A stretch of DNA of 52,369 nt. Source: Actinomycetes bacterium. GTDB taxonomy: Bacteria > Actinomycetota > Actinomycetes > S36-B12. The translations under genes were made by a program, and so were the position numbers. Shown here one piece after another: positions 9,801 to 17,588 of this stretch (positions are counted from its first letter, which is position 1; each line of letters starts with the position of its first letter). The stretch covers positions 1 through 52,369 of the forward strand of contig JBJSWO010000042.1 in NCBI GenBank assembly GCA_046085905.1, written 5' to 3'. A model generated the notes under the pieces. That model did not search any database and had not been told where the DNA came from. It was given only the letters and a program-made list of their open reading frames with translations.

Positions 9801-10492
9801 CGCCGAGCACGGCCGATCGCATCGCCGATCAGACCGGTGTCACCCCGCGACTGCTTCCCTTCGCTGCCTATCGCATTCCTGAAGTCGAGACCGTGACCCA
9901 GCAGATGCGTGACGATGCCCGTGCGCGTCTGGGATGGCAGCCGGGCACGAAGCACATCGCGACCTTCGGCTATGTCGATATCCGCACCAAGCTCGTCGAT
10001 GTCATCGTCGAGGCGGGTGCCTGGCTCAAGCAGTGGGGGCACGACGTGCACCTGCACCTCATCGGCGCTGCAACCCCGGGCGTGGCCGAGCAGCTGACGC
10101 GCCAGGCACGTGAGGCCGGCATGCAGAACTTCGAGATCACCGGCTTTACGAGCGACGAGCAATACCGCGATTGCATCCTGGGCGTCGATCTGGGAATCCA
10201 GCTGCGCGTGAGCCCCTTCCTGGGCGTGAGCGGCCCCCTGGCCGACATGGCGGCCTATGGCACCCCGGGAATGGGCAGCAATGGCCTGGCCATCGATGTC
10301 GACACTCCCGCCTTCATCGACCGCCTTCCCGATGAGGTGAGCCCGCTCATGGTGGCCGAGGCCATCGAGTACCGACTCTCGCGGCCTGTCTCGGCAGAGG
10401 ATCGCGAGCAGATGCGCCGCGAATACCTGGCCGCCAAGTCACCCCGGCGCTACGCCGAGCTCATGCTCGCGCTCCTGCGGGAGGCCTCATGA
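6854..10492 (+). CDS. Multidomain FkbM-type methyltransferase / helical linker / GT4 / GT4 fusion protein (1212 aa)
   Basis: aa ~40-230: YVDVGANEP...ELTFYRVPGTGLGTL...IHFMSIDVEGAE (FkbM / Methyltransf_21 pattern). aa ~255-335: Ala/Gln/Lys-rich helical stretch (AAQMQQANAAAYAKNAWQRE...EYEKQIHELRTALASVEGSRSWKYSRKAGK). aa ~455-790: GT4 with VLVPSFDEGLSLPVIEAIAAGANVVASD. aa ~815-1200: second GT-B module (SVGLATPWSPQKSGIADFS...GVSGPLADMAAYGTPGM). Confidence 0.8.
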   Translation: MTSPTPAQNDSESPSPSTLNPVQQKVSYAQNAEDIRVWRAFHEGIQESAADRRLTYVDVGANEPRHLSITASLYDLGWRGLLIEADPQLAHELRRFRPHDIVVEMAAASGPGELTFYRVPGTGLGTLDAEEAGAARSRGFEVLTHTVPTDSLDSILDRHEIATIHFMSIDVEGAEAIVLQGLSLAKQRPWVICIEAVYPGTSEPSHGEWEQAFLENDYLLATFDGINRWYVAKEHAELLAKVSLGLNTLDIGVHGWVQEPAAQMQQANAAAYAKNAWQRELILNDVKNAVPTAEYEKQIHELRTALASVEGSRSWKYSRKAGKAARIAQHKARVAVTKMPGPIQKSVIRSRHLKHVNANIGQLIDPAYLGNAPAESVDWISPENMPTLPPAGLSLSGLTREDQQLMREWLAAGPYDTDALLEKRTDNHDDELGRVIAALRLRLALASKPNVPVVAPGAKVLFDARSLQTAAFGTRGIGRFARSALEGARATLGDDKLVLLVDNALEILPADLAGACEQITRVTEKTAPQYSVLIQPSPMTAQATPLVPLLHTDAHKIAIVFDFIPMHYPSVYLRHAGARAEYAAALDALALYDEFVCISHMVKAELVKVLGRTPALTSVAWPESVGLTGKPRPGTPDGPIVIMTGDEGRKNTYGALAAVAVATAGIDDDRNVLVIGMAGQETRVHHWSIHAAMRPGEAVTAGRLTDQEMTEALRTASVVLVPSFDEGLSLPVIEAIAAGANVVASDIPAHRELIGSGSHLVDPKNLKSFARTIRKYASTRRAFPQQSQRLLAHQHESLEATIGRSALAHLGKTAVGIPDSHAYIAPSSFSVGLATPWSPQKSGIADFSATVGRELAKLCDLTVYTTADARVDQHIKSGTIDSVLASGADHDSFVSVIGNSHFHVPFIEVMKTVDSVAVAHDTRMIEFYAALRGRGGVEQLMLRGQRQRVLSPSFEEQLDDMRLLQNAGLWEIARQSRMLIMHSPSTADRIADQTGVTPRLLPFAAYRIPEVETVTQQMRDDARARLGWQPGTKHIATFGYVDIRTKLVDVIVEAGAWLKQWGHDVHLHLIGAATPGVAEQLTRQAREAGMQNFEITGFTSDEQYRDCILGVDLGIQLRVSPFLGVSGPLADMAAYGTPGMGSNGLAIDVDTPAFIDRLPDEVSPLMVAEAIEYRLSRPVSAEDREQMRREYLAAKSPRRYAELMLALLREAS

Positions 10493-11637
10493 CCCTCGGC
10501 ATCGACATCGAGCAGTTCGTCACCGATCCCTACGGCACGGGTATCCAGCGTGTTCTGCACCAGCTGGCGCTGAACTGGCCGGCGGACGTGCCGGCATCCT
10601 TCGTCGTGCCCTTCCACGGCGGATTCGGACTTCTCACGCCCGAGGAGGCCACGGGCCTGCTGGCCCTGCCCTTCGCTCCTCGCGACCCCGAGACCGATCT
10701 TCGCGACCTGGTCAACGCCTATCTCGCCGAGACAGTCACCGTGCGAGTTCAACTCGGCGACCTGCTCGCCGTGCATGACGGCTGGTTGCTGCCCGAGGTG
10801 TCATACCTGCCCAGCGTGCTCCAGCGCCTGGAGATCTTCGAGCGCTGCATGCCAACCGCGATGATCGGCTACGACGCCCTGCCGATGACCCAGCCCGGGA
10901 ACTACCGATTCGTGCCCGGAACGGCCTCGTGGGTGAGCGAGTACTTCCGCCATCTCACCCGTGTGGACTCTGTCATCTGCATCAGCGACTACGCGGCCGA
11001 TGAGATCACCGGTCGCCTGAGGCGTGATCTGCGCAAGACCACGATCGTGGCCCACCCCGGCGGCGATCACATCGCGATGAGAGCACCGAAGCCGCGCCAG
11101 CAAGGCGCTCCCGTTCGATTCCTGCGCTTGGGCACCCTCGAGGCGCGCAAGCAGCCCGTGGAGATCCTCGCGGGCTTCCGCCAGGCAATCGCCCAAGGAG
11201 CCAATGCCGAGCTCGTGTTCATCGGCAAGCCCTCGCCCTCCGACCAGGCGATCAACGACACCATCGCTGCGGCCATCGACGAGGGCCTGCCTGTCACCTG
11301 GATCACCCATGCCGATGACGCACTGGTCTATGACGAGCTGCATCGTGCCGATCTCTTCCTCTCGATCGGCATCGAGGGTTATGGCATCCCGGTGCTCGAG
11401 GCCATCCGCTTGGGTACCCCCGTACTTCACTCAGGCATTCAGCCCGCGGGTGATTTGATGGAGGGGAAGGGAGCGAGGGCCATCGAAGCGTCTAGCAGCG
11501 AGTCGCTCGGCGCCGCTTTCGTGCACTTCTCTGCCACGGAAGAGCGGGATCGACTTACCCAGGAGATCGGCGAGGCTCAGGTGCCGACCTGGAAGGCATT
11601 CGCCGATTCGGTGGCTCACCACTCGACGGGACGATGA
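10489..11637 (+). CDS. GT4-family glycosyltransferase
   Basis: ATGA start/stop overlap with the upstream gene. LFLSIGIEGYGIPVLEAIRLGTPVL motif. GT-B layout. Confidence 0.75.
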   Translation: MTLGIDIEQFVTDPYGTGIQRVLHQLALNWPADVPASFVVPFHGGFGLLTPEEATGLLALPFAPRDPETDLRDLVNAYLAETVTVRVQLGDLLAVHDGWLLPEVSYLPSVLQRLEIFERCMPTAMIGYDALPMTQPGNYRFVPGTASWVSEYFRHLTRVDSVICISDYAADEITGRLRRDLRKTTIVAHPGGDHIAMRAPKPRQQGAPVRFLRLGTLEARKQPVEILAGFRQAIAQGANAELVFIGKPSPSDQAINDTIAAAIDEGLPVTWITHADDALVYDELHRADLFLSIGIEGYGIPVLEAIRLGTPVLHSGIQPAGDLMEGKGARAIEASSSESLGAAFVHFSATEERDRLTQEIGEAQVPTWKAFADSVAHHSTGR

Positions 11638-12785
11638 GGATGTCGACCACTTCAACGTCGATGACGTCGACTACGACCGGCCTTGCGCCAACCACGCGTT
11701 GGCGAATCGTTGTGATCTGGCTCGTTACCCGCCTGATCGTGCTCGGCGCTGCCGCGGCCGGCAGTTGGGCCGCGATTACCGGTGACAGCCCCGTCGCCCA
11801 GTACTTCACCATCTGGCGCCAGTGGGACACCAAGTGGTTCGAATCAATTGCCGTGTATGGCTACGTGGGCCCCTACGTCGACTCCTTCCAGGACTTTCAC
11901 TACAACGTCGCCTTCTTCCCCGGCTACCCGGCGACGATGAAGCTCGGCATGCTCGCGGGTCTCTCTCCGACAGCCGCAGGCATGCTCGTCTCTCTGGTCG
12001 CGAGCCTGGTCGCCGGCTTCGCGCTCGCTCGGCTTACTCGTGACATCGGTGGCCGCCCCGAGCTCGGCGTGTTGGCCTTCCTCATCGCGCCGACCGCCGT
12101 GTTCCTCACCGGCGCCTACACCGAGGCCCTCTTCTGCGCCTTCGCCTTCTGGGCGTGGGTCTTCGCGCGCAATCACTCATGGATCTGGGCCGGGGTGCTT
12201 GCCGCCGGTGCTGCACTTGTGCGACCGAACGGGCTCTTCCTCGCGATCGGCCTGATCGTGATGTTCCTTCTCGCGAACCCGCGCAACTGGAAGCGCGGCA
12301 GCGCCTTGCTCCTCCCATTTGCTTCAACTTTCGGTTACTTCGCCTACCTGAAGGCGATCACCGGCAATTGGATGGCCTGGTCGGCCTCCCAGAGCGAGTA
12401 CTGGGAGCGGCATCTCGTCGACCCCGTCACGTCCTTGCTCAATACATACCGGCTCATCTTCACCTTCTCGCCGACCGGTGAGCCCTCCTCACGGCTCGTG
12501 ACCGAGATTGCCGCGATGGCACTCCTGGTCGCCTTCACGGTCGTGCTCTTTCGCAAGCGGATGTGGGCCGAGGCGACCTACGTGCTGGTCACCGTGCTCT
12601 CGCTCGGCACCAGCACGATGTACCACTCGATCCCCCGCACGATCGTGGTGGTCTTCCCCGCCTGGATGCTCCTGGGTGCGTGGATGACTAGACGGCGCTG
12701 GTTCCTCTGGGCCTACGTGGCCGTGAGTGCCCCGATCCTGATCCTGGTGACCATTCGGTTCACCCAGGGCCAGTGGATTTCCTAG
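11634..12785 (+). CDS. Polytopic membrane glycosyltransferase, PIG-V / GT-C-like (mannosyltransferase-like)
   Basis: ATGA overlap with the upstream gene. About 9-10 hydrophobic segments. First-loop motif WRQWDTKWFESIAVYGY...YNVAFFPGYPATMK resembles PIG-V-family integral membrane mannosyltransferases. Clear paralogue of 47189..48307. Confidence 0.6.
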   Translation: MRMSTTSTSMTSTTTGLAPTTRWRIVVIWLVTRLIVLGAAAAGSWAAITGDSPVAQYFTIWRQWDTKWFESIAVYGYVGPYVDSFQDFHYNVAFFPGYPATMKLGMLAGLSPTAAGMLVSLVASLVAGFALARLTRDIGGRPELGVLAFLIAPTAVFLTGAYTEALFCAFAFWAWVFARNHSWIWAGVLAAGAALVRPNGLFLAIGLIVMFLLANPRNWKRGSALLLPFASTFGYFAYLKAITGNWMAWSASQSEYWERHLVDPVTSLLNTYRLIFTFSPTGEPSSRLVTEIAAMALLVAFTVVLFRKRMWAEATYVLVTVLSLGTSTMYHSIPRTIVVVFPAWMLLGAWMTRRRWFLWAYVAVSAPILILVTIRFTQGQWIS

Positions 12786-12843
12786 GGGCTCGCTAGGGGT
12801 TGCGCCGCCCGATTCGTGAGGGGCGGTGGACTAACGTGGCCCC

Positions 12844-13569
12844 ATGACTTCGAGGCGGGTACTCATAGCTATCCCCGCCTGGAACGAGCAGGGCTCGATC
12901 GCCGAAGTCATCGCTAAGGTCAAGGAGCACCTCCCCGAGGCCGGCATTCTGGTGGTGAACGACGGATCGACCGACCGCACGGCTGAGGTGGCGGCCAAGG
13001 CTGGTGCCGCGGTGGTCTCCCTGCCCTTCAACGTGGGGGTTGGCGGGGCCATGCGCACTGCTTTCCTCTACGCCAAGCGCGAGGGCTACCAGGGCCTGGT
13101 CCAGGTGGACGCCGACGGCCAGCACGACCCGGCTGATCTCGATCGGCTTCTCGTGGGGCTCGATAACGCCGACATCGTGGTGGGCACCCGCTTCCACCCG
13201 GATTCCATGTACTTCGTGGGCGGGCCGCGCCGCTGGGCCATGGTGCTGCTTTCCAAGGCCCTGAGCCGCATGAACAAGGCCACGATCAGCGACCCGACTT
13301 CAGGTTTCCGCTCGGCCGGCCCCAGGGCCATTGACTTGTTCGCGGTGAACTACCCGGCTGAGTACCTCGGCGACACGGTGGGCTCGCTCTCGATCGCCAT
13401 CCGGCACGGTCTGACGATTCACGAGGCCCCGGTCACCATGTATTACCGAGCTATCGGGCGCCCGAGCAAGAACGCATTGTGGTCGGCCCTCTACTTGGGC
13501 CGAGCGAGCCTTGCCCTTGTTGCCACGGTGCTGAAGAAGCCCAACCAGAGCAGAGGAGACGAGGCCTGA
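12844..13569 (+). CDS. GT2 polyprenyl-phosphate sugar synthase-like enzyme (PpgS / Ppm1 / GtrB class)
   Basis: 241 aa. VLIAIPAWNEQGSIAEVI...ILVVNDGSTDRTAEVA...LVQVDADGQHDP is the pattern of polyprenyl-P glycosyl synthases. Stop overlaps the start of a DUF2304-type small membrane protein. Confidence 0.65.
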   Translation: MTSRRVLIAIPAWNEQGSIAEVIAKVKEHLPEAGILVVNDGSTDRTAEVAAKAGAAVVSLPFNVGVGGAMRTAFLYAKREGYQGLVQVDADGQHDPADLDRLLVGLDNADIVVGTRFHPDSMYFVGGPRRWAMVLLSKALSRMNKATISDPTSGFRSAGPRAIDLFAVNYPAEYLGDTVGSLSIAIRHGLTIHEAPVTMYYRAIGRPSKNALWSALYLGRASLALVATVLKKPNQSRGDEA

Positions 13570-13937
13570 TGGCACCCAACATCCTCGCGGCCCTTGCTGC
13601 GCTCGTTACCTTCATCTTCATCCTTGATCTGCTCCGTCGCGGCGTGCTCAAGGAGAAGTACGCGGTGCTATGGCTCTTCTTTGCCGGCGCTGCCCTTCTT
13701 CTCGCTCTCTTCCCGCAGGTGCTCGACTGGATCAGTTTCCGGCTCGGGGTCGCCCAGCCGGTCAATCTCCTCTTCTTCATCACCATCGTGCTGCTGGTGC
13801 TCGTGAGCGTGCAGCTCAGCTACGAGCTCAGCCGCCACGAGGCGCGCATCCGCCGACTTGCGGAAGAAGTCGCCTTGCTCGATCGACGAATTGCAGATGT
13901 CGAGCCCCGTGGCCAGGAGCAGCGTGACCCTGAATGA
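13569..13937 (+). CDS. Small membrane protein, DUF2304-like partner of the GT2
   Basis: ATG 13569 overlaps the upstream TGA (tgATGg). MAPNILAALAALVTFIFILDLLRRGVLKEKYAVLWLFFAGAALLLALFPQVLDWISFRLGV... has three hydrophobic helices plus a charged helical C-terminus (RIRRLAEEVALLDRR). The listed ORF start 13479 is an out-of-context extension. Confidence 0.65.
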   Translation: MAPNILAALAALVTFIFILDLLRRGVLKEKYAVLWLFFAGAALLLALFPQVLDWISFRLGVAQPVNLLFFITIVLLVLVSVQLSYELSRHEARIRRLAEEVALLDRRIADVEPRGQEQRDPE

Positions 13938-14844
13938 GCCCGTGCTGCTGGTCGCTTTCAACCGACCGGATCTCCTGAGGGGTCTGATAGATGCCCTCCG
14001 CGAGGTGGAGCCGCAGACCGTTTATCTCGCAGTTGACGGTCCGAGGGCTGATCGTCCCAGCGAGGCCGTTCGAGTCCAGGCCTGCCGTGATCTCGTGGCC
14101 GAGATCGACTGGACGACCGACATTCATACGAACTTCCAGCCGACCAACCTGGGCTGCGGCCCCGGTGTCACCGCCGCGGTCACCTGGTTCTTCGACAACG
14201 TCGAGCGCGGGATCATCTTGGAAGATGACATCCGACCGGATCCGAGCTTCTACGCCTACTGCACCACGATGCTCGATCGATACGAGAGTGATGACCGAGT
14301 TTTCGCCATCACCGGCTGCAATGTGGTCGATGACCCCACGAAGCTGGAGGCGCAGGATCTCTACCGCTTCTCTCAGTACATGCACGTCTGGGGCTGGGCC
14401 GGCTGGCGGCGTACTTGGCGCCAGCATGAGCTCGATGCCCGAGGCTGGTGGCACAAGATCTCTCCGTGGCGATTCGCTGATGCGTGCAGCTTCTCGCCCT
14501 CGGCAATCCTTTACTGGGCGGCCAATCTCGAGCTCACCGCCCGCGGCTATGTCGATACCTGGGACTGGCAGTTGAGCTTCGCGGCTATGCGTAGCAAGCA
14601 GCTTGTCGTGGTGCCCAATGGCAACTTGGTCTCGAATGTGGGATTCGGCGAGGGGGCCACCCACACGCATGAGGATGAGTCGGGTCTACCCGTGCAGGCG
14701 GCGATGCCGGCCGAGATCCCGGTCGTGGCAATCAAGCGCAATCGCGCCGCCGACTACTGGGAACTGCGTCACCACTATCGTGCAACTGTTATCGGTGGCC
14801 TTGATCGCTTCAGGGTCTACTTCCGTGACCGAAAGGGGCATTAA
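13897..14844 (+). CDS. GT-A fold glycosyltransferase (HlpA-like / GNT-I-like family)
   Basis: [41 protein letters not shown]...[35 protein letters not shown] matches a widespread GT-A family seen in polysaccharide loci. The start is uncertain (ATG 13897 or GTG 13924), and either overlaps the DUF2304 gene end. Confidence 0.55.
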   Translation: MSSPVARSSVTLNEPVLLVAFNRPDLLRGLIDALREVEPQTVYLAVDGPRADRPSEAVRVQACRDLVAEIDWTTDIHTNFQPTNLGCGPGVTAAVTWFFDNVERGIILEDDIRPDPSFYAYCTTMLDRYESDDRVFAITGCNVVDDPTKLEAQDLYRFSQYMHVWGWAGWRRTWRQHELDARGWWHKISPWRFADACSFSPSAILYWAANLELTARGYVDTWDWQLSFAAMRSKQLVVVPNGNLVSNVGFGEGATHTHEDESGLPVQAAMPAEIPVVAIKRNRAADYWELRHHYRATVIGGLDRFRVYFRDRKGH

Positions 14845-15791
14845 TGTCGATCGCAGTGGGAAGGGTGCTGGTCACGGGTGGTTCGGGCTTCATCGGTTCG
14901 CATCTGTGCGAGCGGTTGCTCAATGACGGCTATGACGTGCTCTGCGTCGACAACTACTACTCGTCGACCAAGGACAATATCGCTCACCTGCTCGACAATC
15001 CGCGCTTCGAGGTCATTCGGCATGACGTAACCTTCCCGCTCTATGTCGAGGTCGACGAGATCTATCACCTGGCCTGCCCGGCCAGCCCGGTTCATTACCA
15101 GCGAGATCCCGTGCAGACCACGAAGACTGCGGTCCACGGCTCGATCAACATGCTCGGCTTGGCCAAGCGCACCGGGGCGAAGATCCTGCTCACCTCAACC
15201 TCGGAGGTCTACGGCGATCCACTGATCCACCCCCAGACCGAGGACTACTGGGGCAACGTGAACCCGATCGGGCCCCGTGCCTGCTACGACGAGGGCAAGC
15301 GTGCCGCTGAGACCCTTTTCTTCGACTACCACCGCCAGCACGACCTCAGGATCAAGGTGGTCCGCCTCTTCAACACGTACGGCCCGCGCATGCATCCCTA
15401 TGACGGGCGTGTCGTGTCGAACTTCGTCGTAAGCGCCCTCAAGGGAACTCCACTCACTGTCTACGGTGAGGGCCAGCAGACGCGCTCGTTCTGCTACGTC
15501 GACGACCTCATCGACGGTCTCATTGCCATGATGCGTTCGGGCGATGAGGTGACCGGCCCAATCAATCTCGGGAACCCCGGTGAGTTCACCATCGCGGAGC
15601 TCGCCGATCTGGTGATCGAGCAGACCGGCACCACCGCCGGCATCGAGCACCGCCCCTTGCCGCAGGATGATCCGGTGCGTCGCCAGCCCGACATCACGCG
15701 AGCGAAGAGCACCCTTGGCTGGGAGCCCACGATTCCCCTGGCTGAAGGGCTCGCTCGCACTATCGAGTTCTTCCGCGCAAGCCTGGTCTGA
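14844..15791 (+). CDS. UDP-glucuronate decarboxylase (UDP-xylose synthase)
   Basis: [88 protein letters not shown], plus YDEGKRAAE and NTYGPRM, are near-diagnostic of UXS-type SDRs. Confidence 0.88.
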   Translation: MSIAVGRVLVTGGSGFIGSHLCERLLNDGYDVLCVDNYYSSTKDNIAHLLDNPRFEVIRHDVTFPLYVEVDEIYHLACPASPVHYQRDPVQTTKTAVHGSINMLGLAKRTGAKILLTSTSEVYGDPLIHPQTEDYWGNVNPIGPRACYDEGKRAAETLFFDYHRQHDLRIKVVRLFNTYGPRMHPYDGRVVSNFVVSALKGTPLTVYGEGQQTRSFCYVDDLIDGLIAMMRSGDEVTGPINLGNPGEFTIAELADLVIEQTGTTAGIEHRPLPQDDPVRRQPDITRAKSTLGWEPTIPLAEGLARTIEFFRASLV

Positions 15792-15799
15792 GCTCACCC

Positions 15800-17545
15800 G
15801 TGGGAATCCTCGCCGGTTCCGGCCTCGTGCTCGTGACCTGGGTTCTCGTGGGCCTCGGGATCGTGTCGTTCGGCTTGCTTCCCGCGTCATTGGTGAGCCC
15901 GGCGGCCGGAAGATCTGGGCTGCTGCGACGAGCCCTGTGGTGGGGGCTGCTCATCGCCGCGATCGAGGTCTGCGCGATCTCGCTGCTTTTCCCACTGCAT
16001 TCGAGTTCCTCCGCAGTGATCCTCATCTGCTCGGTACTTGTCCTGGGAGTGCCTGGCTGGATTCGTTGGTCGAAAGCGGGTTCGACCGGCACGAAGTTGA
16101 CCAGGGCACAGTGGCTCGTTGTCGCGACTTTCGGACTTTCCCAGGTCTATCTCGCGGTCGCCGCCCTTGGCCCGGTTACCGGCTATGACTCGGGGCTGTA
16201 TCACCTGGGCGCCATCAAATACGCGAGCGAGTTCGGAATTGTGCCCGGCCTGGCCAATCTCTACGGACCACTCGCCTACGCCACCGCAGAGTTCCCGATG
16301 GCCGCCGTTCTCGGCAATGGTCCATGGGGAGGCGACGGCTTCAGGCTCCTCAACGGTCTCATCCTGGGCCTGGTGGCCATCGACCTTGTGCTGCGCACTC
16401 TCGTCCGTCGCGTCTCGCCCGGCTACTACGTGCTGCTGGCAGGCATGGTGGCGACATGGGTACCCATGGTGGCGCTCAGCGACTTCTGGGTCACGAGTCC
16501 CTCCCAGGACTCAGCGGTCCTTGCCTTGACGGTTGTCTGCACGGCGTACGTGACTGACGCCTGCCTCGGTCGCAAATTCGTCAGCAACTCAGCTGTTGCG
16601 GTGGCCATCGGAATCGCGCTCGTCTTGATTCGCAGCACCATGGCTGTCTACGTGATTGCGCTGCTGCTCGTTCTTGCTGTTCTGTTCGTTCGCCGACGTC
16701 GCCAGTACTCGATACGGCGATCGGGGTATGCGGGTCTGCTTCTCGCAGGCATCACCGTCCTCGCTGCCCTCACAATGACAATGCGCGACTATCTGCTCAG
16801 TGGATGGCTGCAGTATCCGCTCTCGACTCACCCCTTTGACGTGCCTTGGAGAGCCCCTGATCCGGAAGGGCTTCGCCTCGCGACTCTCGGCTTCGCTCGC
16901 GATCCCGCGCATACCTGGGACTCAGTCACCGGCTGGGGATGGGTGGGATCCTGGGTTTCCCGGCTGCCTCACGAGTGGGCCTTCGTGGAGTTCTGCGGTG
17001 TGTCGCTGATTGCCTTGGCTATCGGCGTAGTCGCGGTTCGCACTGGTGCCAACATGCGGCAGTGGCGCCCCATCGCACTGGCGACATTCCCGAGTGCAGT
17101 GGCAGTGCTCGTGTGGTGGGTTGCGTCACCGCCGGCCTTCCGATTCGCCTGGGGTCCTCTGTTCACGCTCGCCACAGTTCCGCTGGGCGGTGCGTTGTGG
17201 CTACTCACGCGAGACGAAGAACTTTCGAATGGCAGGGCCAAATTGTTGCTGGTCTGCGCTGCAGTGCCAGTGCTCGCTGTCACCATGTACTCGGGTGTCG
17301 CGCGGCTTGATCTGAGTGCCATCAACGCGGAGCGGGAGTGGAATGTGGCCGGATTGAGGATCCCTTATGCCGTCGCTCCGGTGATCAATGTGCCCGTGCA
17401 GAAGACCACTCTCGAAAGTGGACTCGTGCTCGTCGGCCCTACAGAATCCGATCAATGCTGGGATCACTACCCCCTCTGCACTCCGCAGCCGCTGCTCTCC
17501 TTGCGCCTGCGAGCAGACTCACTCGCGGGTGGATTCCTGCCCTAG
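15800..17545 (+). CDS. Polytopic membrane protein (~14 TM), candidate GT-C transferase or polymerase
   Basis: 581 aa, hydrophobic throughout. Loop motif GLYHLGAIKYASEFGIVPGLANLYGPLAY. Short soluble C-terminus. The family is not securely recognised. Confidence 0.55.
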   Translation: MGILAGSGLVLVTWVLVGLGIVSFGLLPASLVSPAAGRSGLLRRALWWGLLIAAIEVCAISLLFPLHSSSSAVILICSVLVLGVPGWIRWSKAGSTGTKLTRAQWLVVATFGLSQVYLAVAALGPVTGYDSGLYHLGAIKYASEFGIVPGLANLYGPLAYATAEFPMAAVLGNGPWGGDGFRLLNGLILGLVAIDLVLRTLVRRVSPGYYVLLAGMVATWVPMVALSDFWVTSPSQDSAVLALTVVCTAYVTDACLGRKFVSNSAVAVAIGIALVLIRSTMAVYVIALLLVLAVLFVRRRRQYSIRRSGYAGLLLAGITVLAALTMTMRDYLLSGWLQYPLSTHPFDVPWRAPDPEGLRLATLGFARDPAHTWDSVTGWGWVGSWVSRLPHEWAFVEFCGVSLIALAIGVVAVRTGANMRQWRPIALATFPSAVAVLVWWVASPPAFRFAWGPLFTLATVPLGGALWLLTRDEELSNGRAKLLLVCAAVPVLAVTMYSGVARLDLSAINAEREWNVAGLRIPYAVAPVINVPVQKTTLESGLVLVGPTESDQCWDHYPLCTPQPLLSLRLRADSLAGGFLP

Positions 17546-17588
17546 CCGCCTGCGAGGCGGGAGCTTGAGCGCGGTCTAGGCTGCTGAC

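Noticed and set aside
8348-10162. Minus-strand ORFs 8348..9316 (322 aa) and 9377..10162 (261 aa)
   Set aside because: Both lie antisense inside the 1212-aa MT-GT-GT gene, whose GT4 motifs are clear. The composition is Arg/Gly/His-rich and no motifs are present.
13828-14670. Minus-strand 280-aa ORF
   Set aside because: It is antisense to the HlpA-like GT-A gene, which has family-typical motifs (AFNRPD, ILEDD). No motifs are present on the minus frame.
17546-17560. Small GC hairpin CCGCC-tgcga-GGCGG just after the 15800..17545 stop; a similar weak hairpin lies at 12805..12826
   Set aside because: The stems are only 5-6 bp and there is no U-tract. The genes continue in the same operon, so the evidence is insufficient to call terminators.
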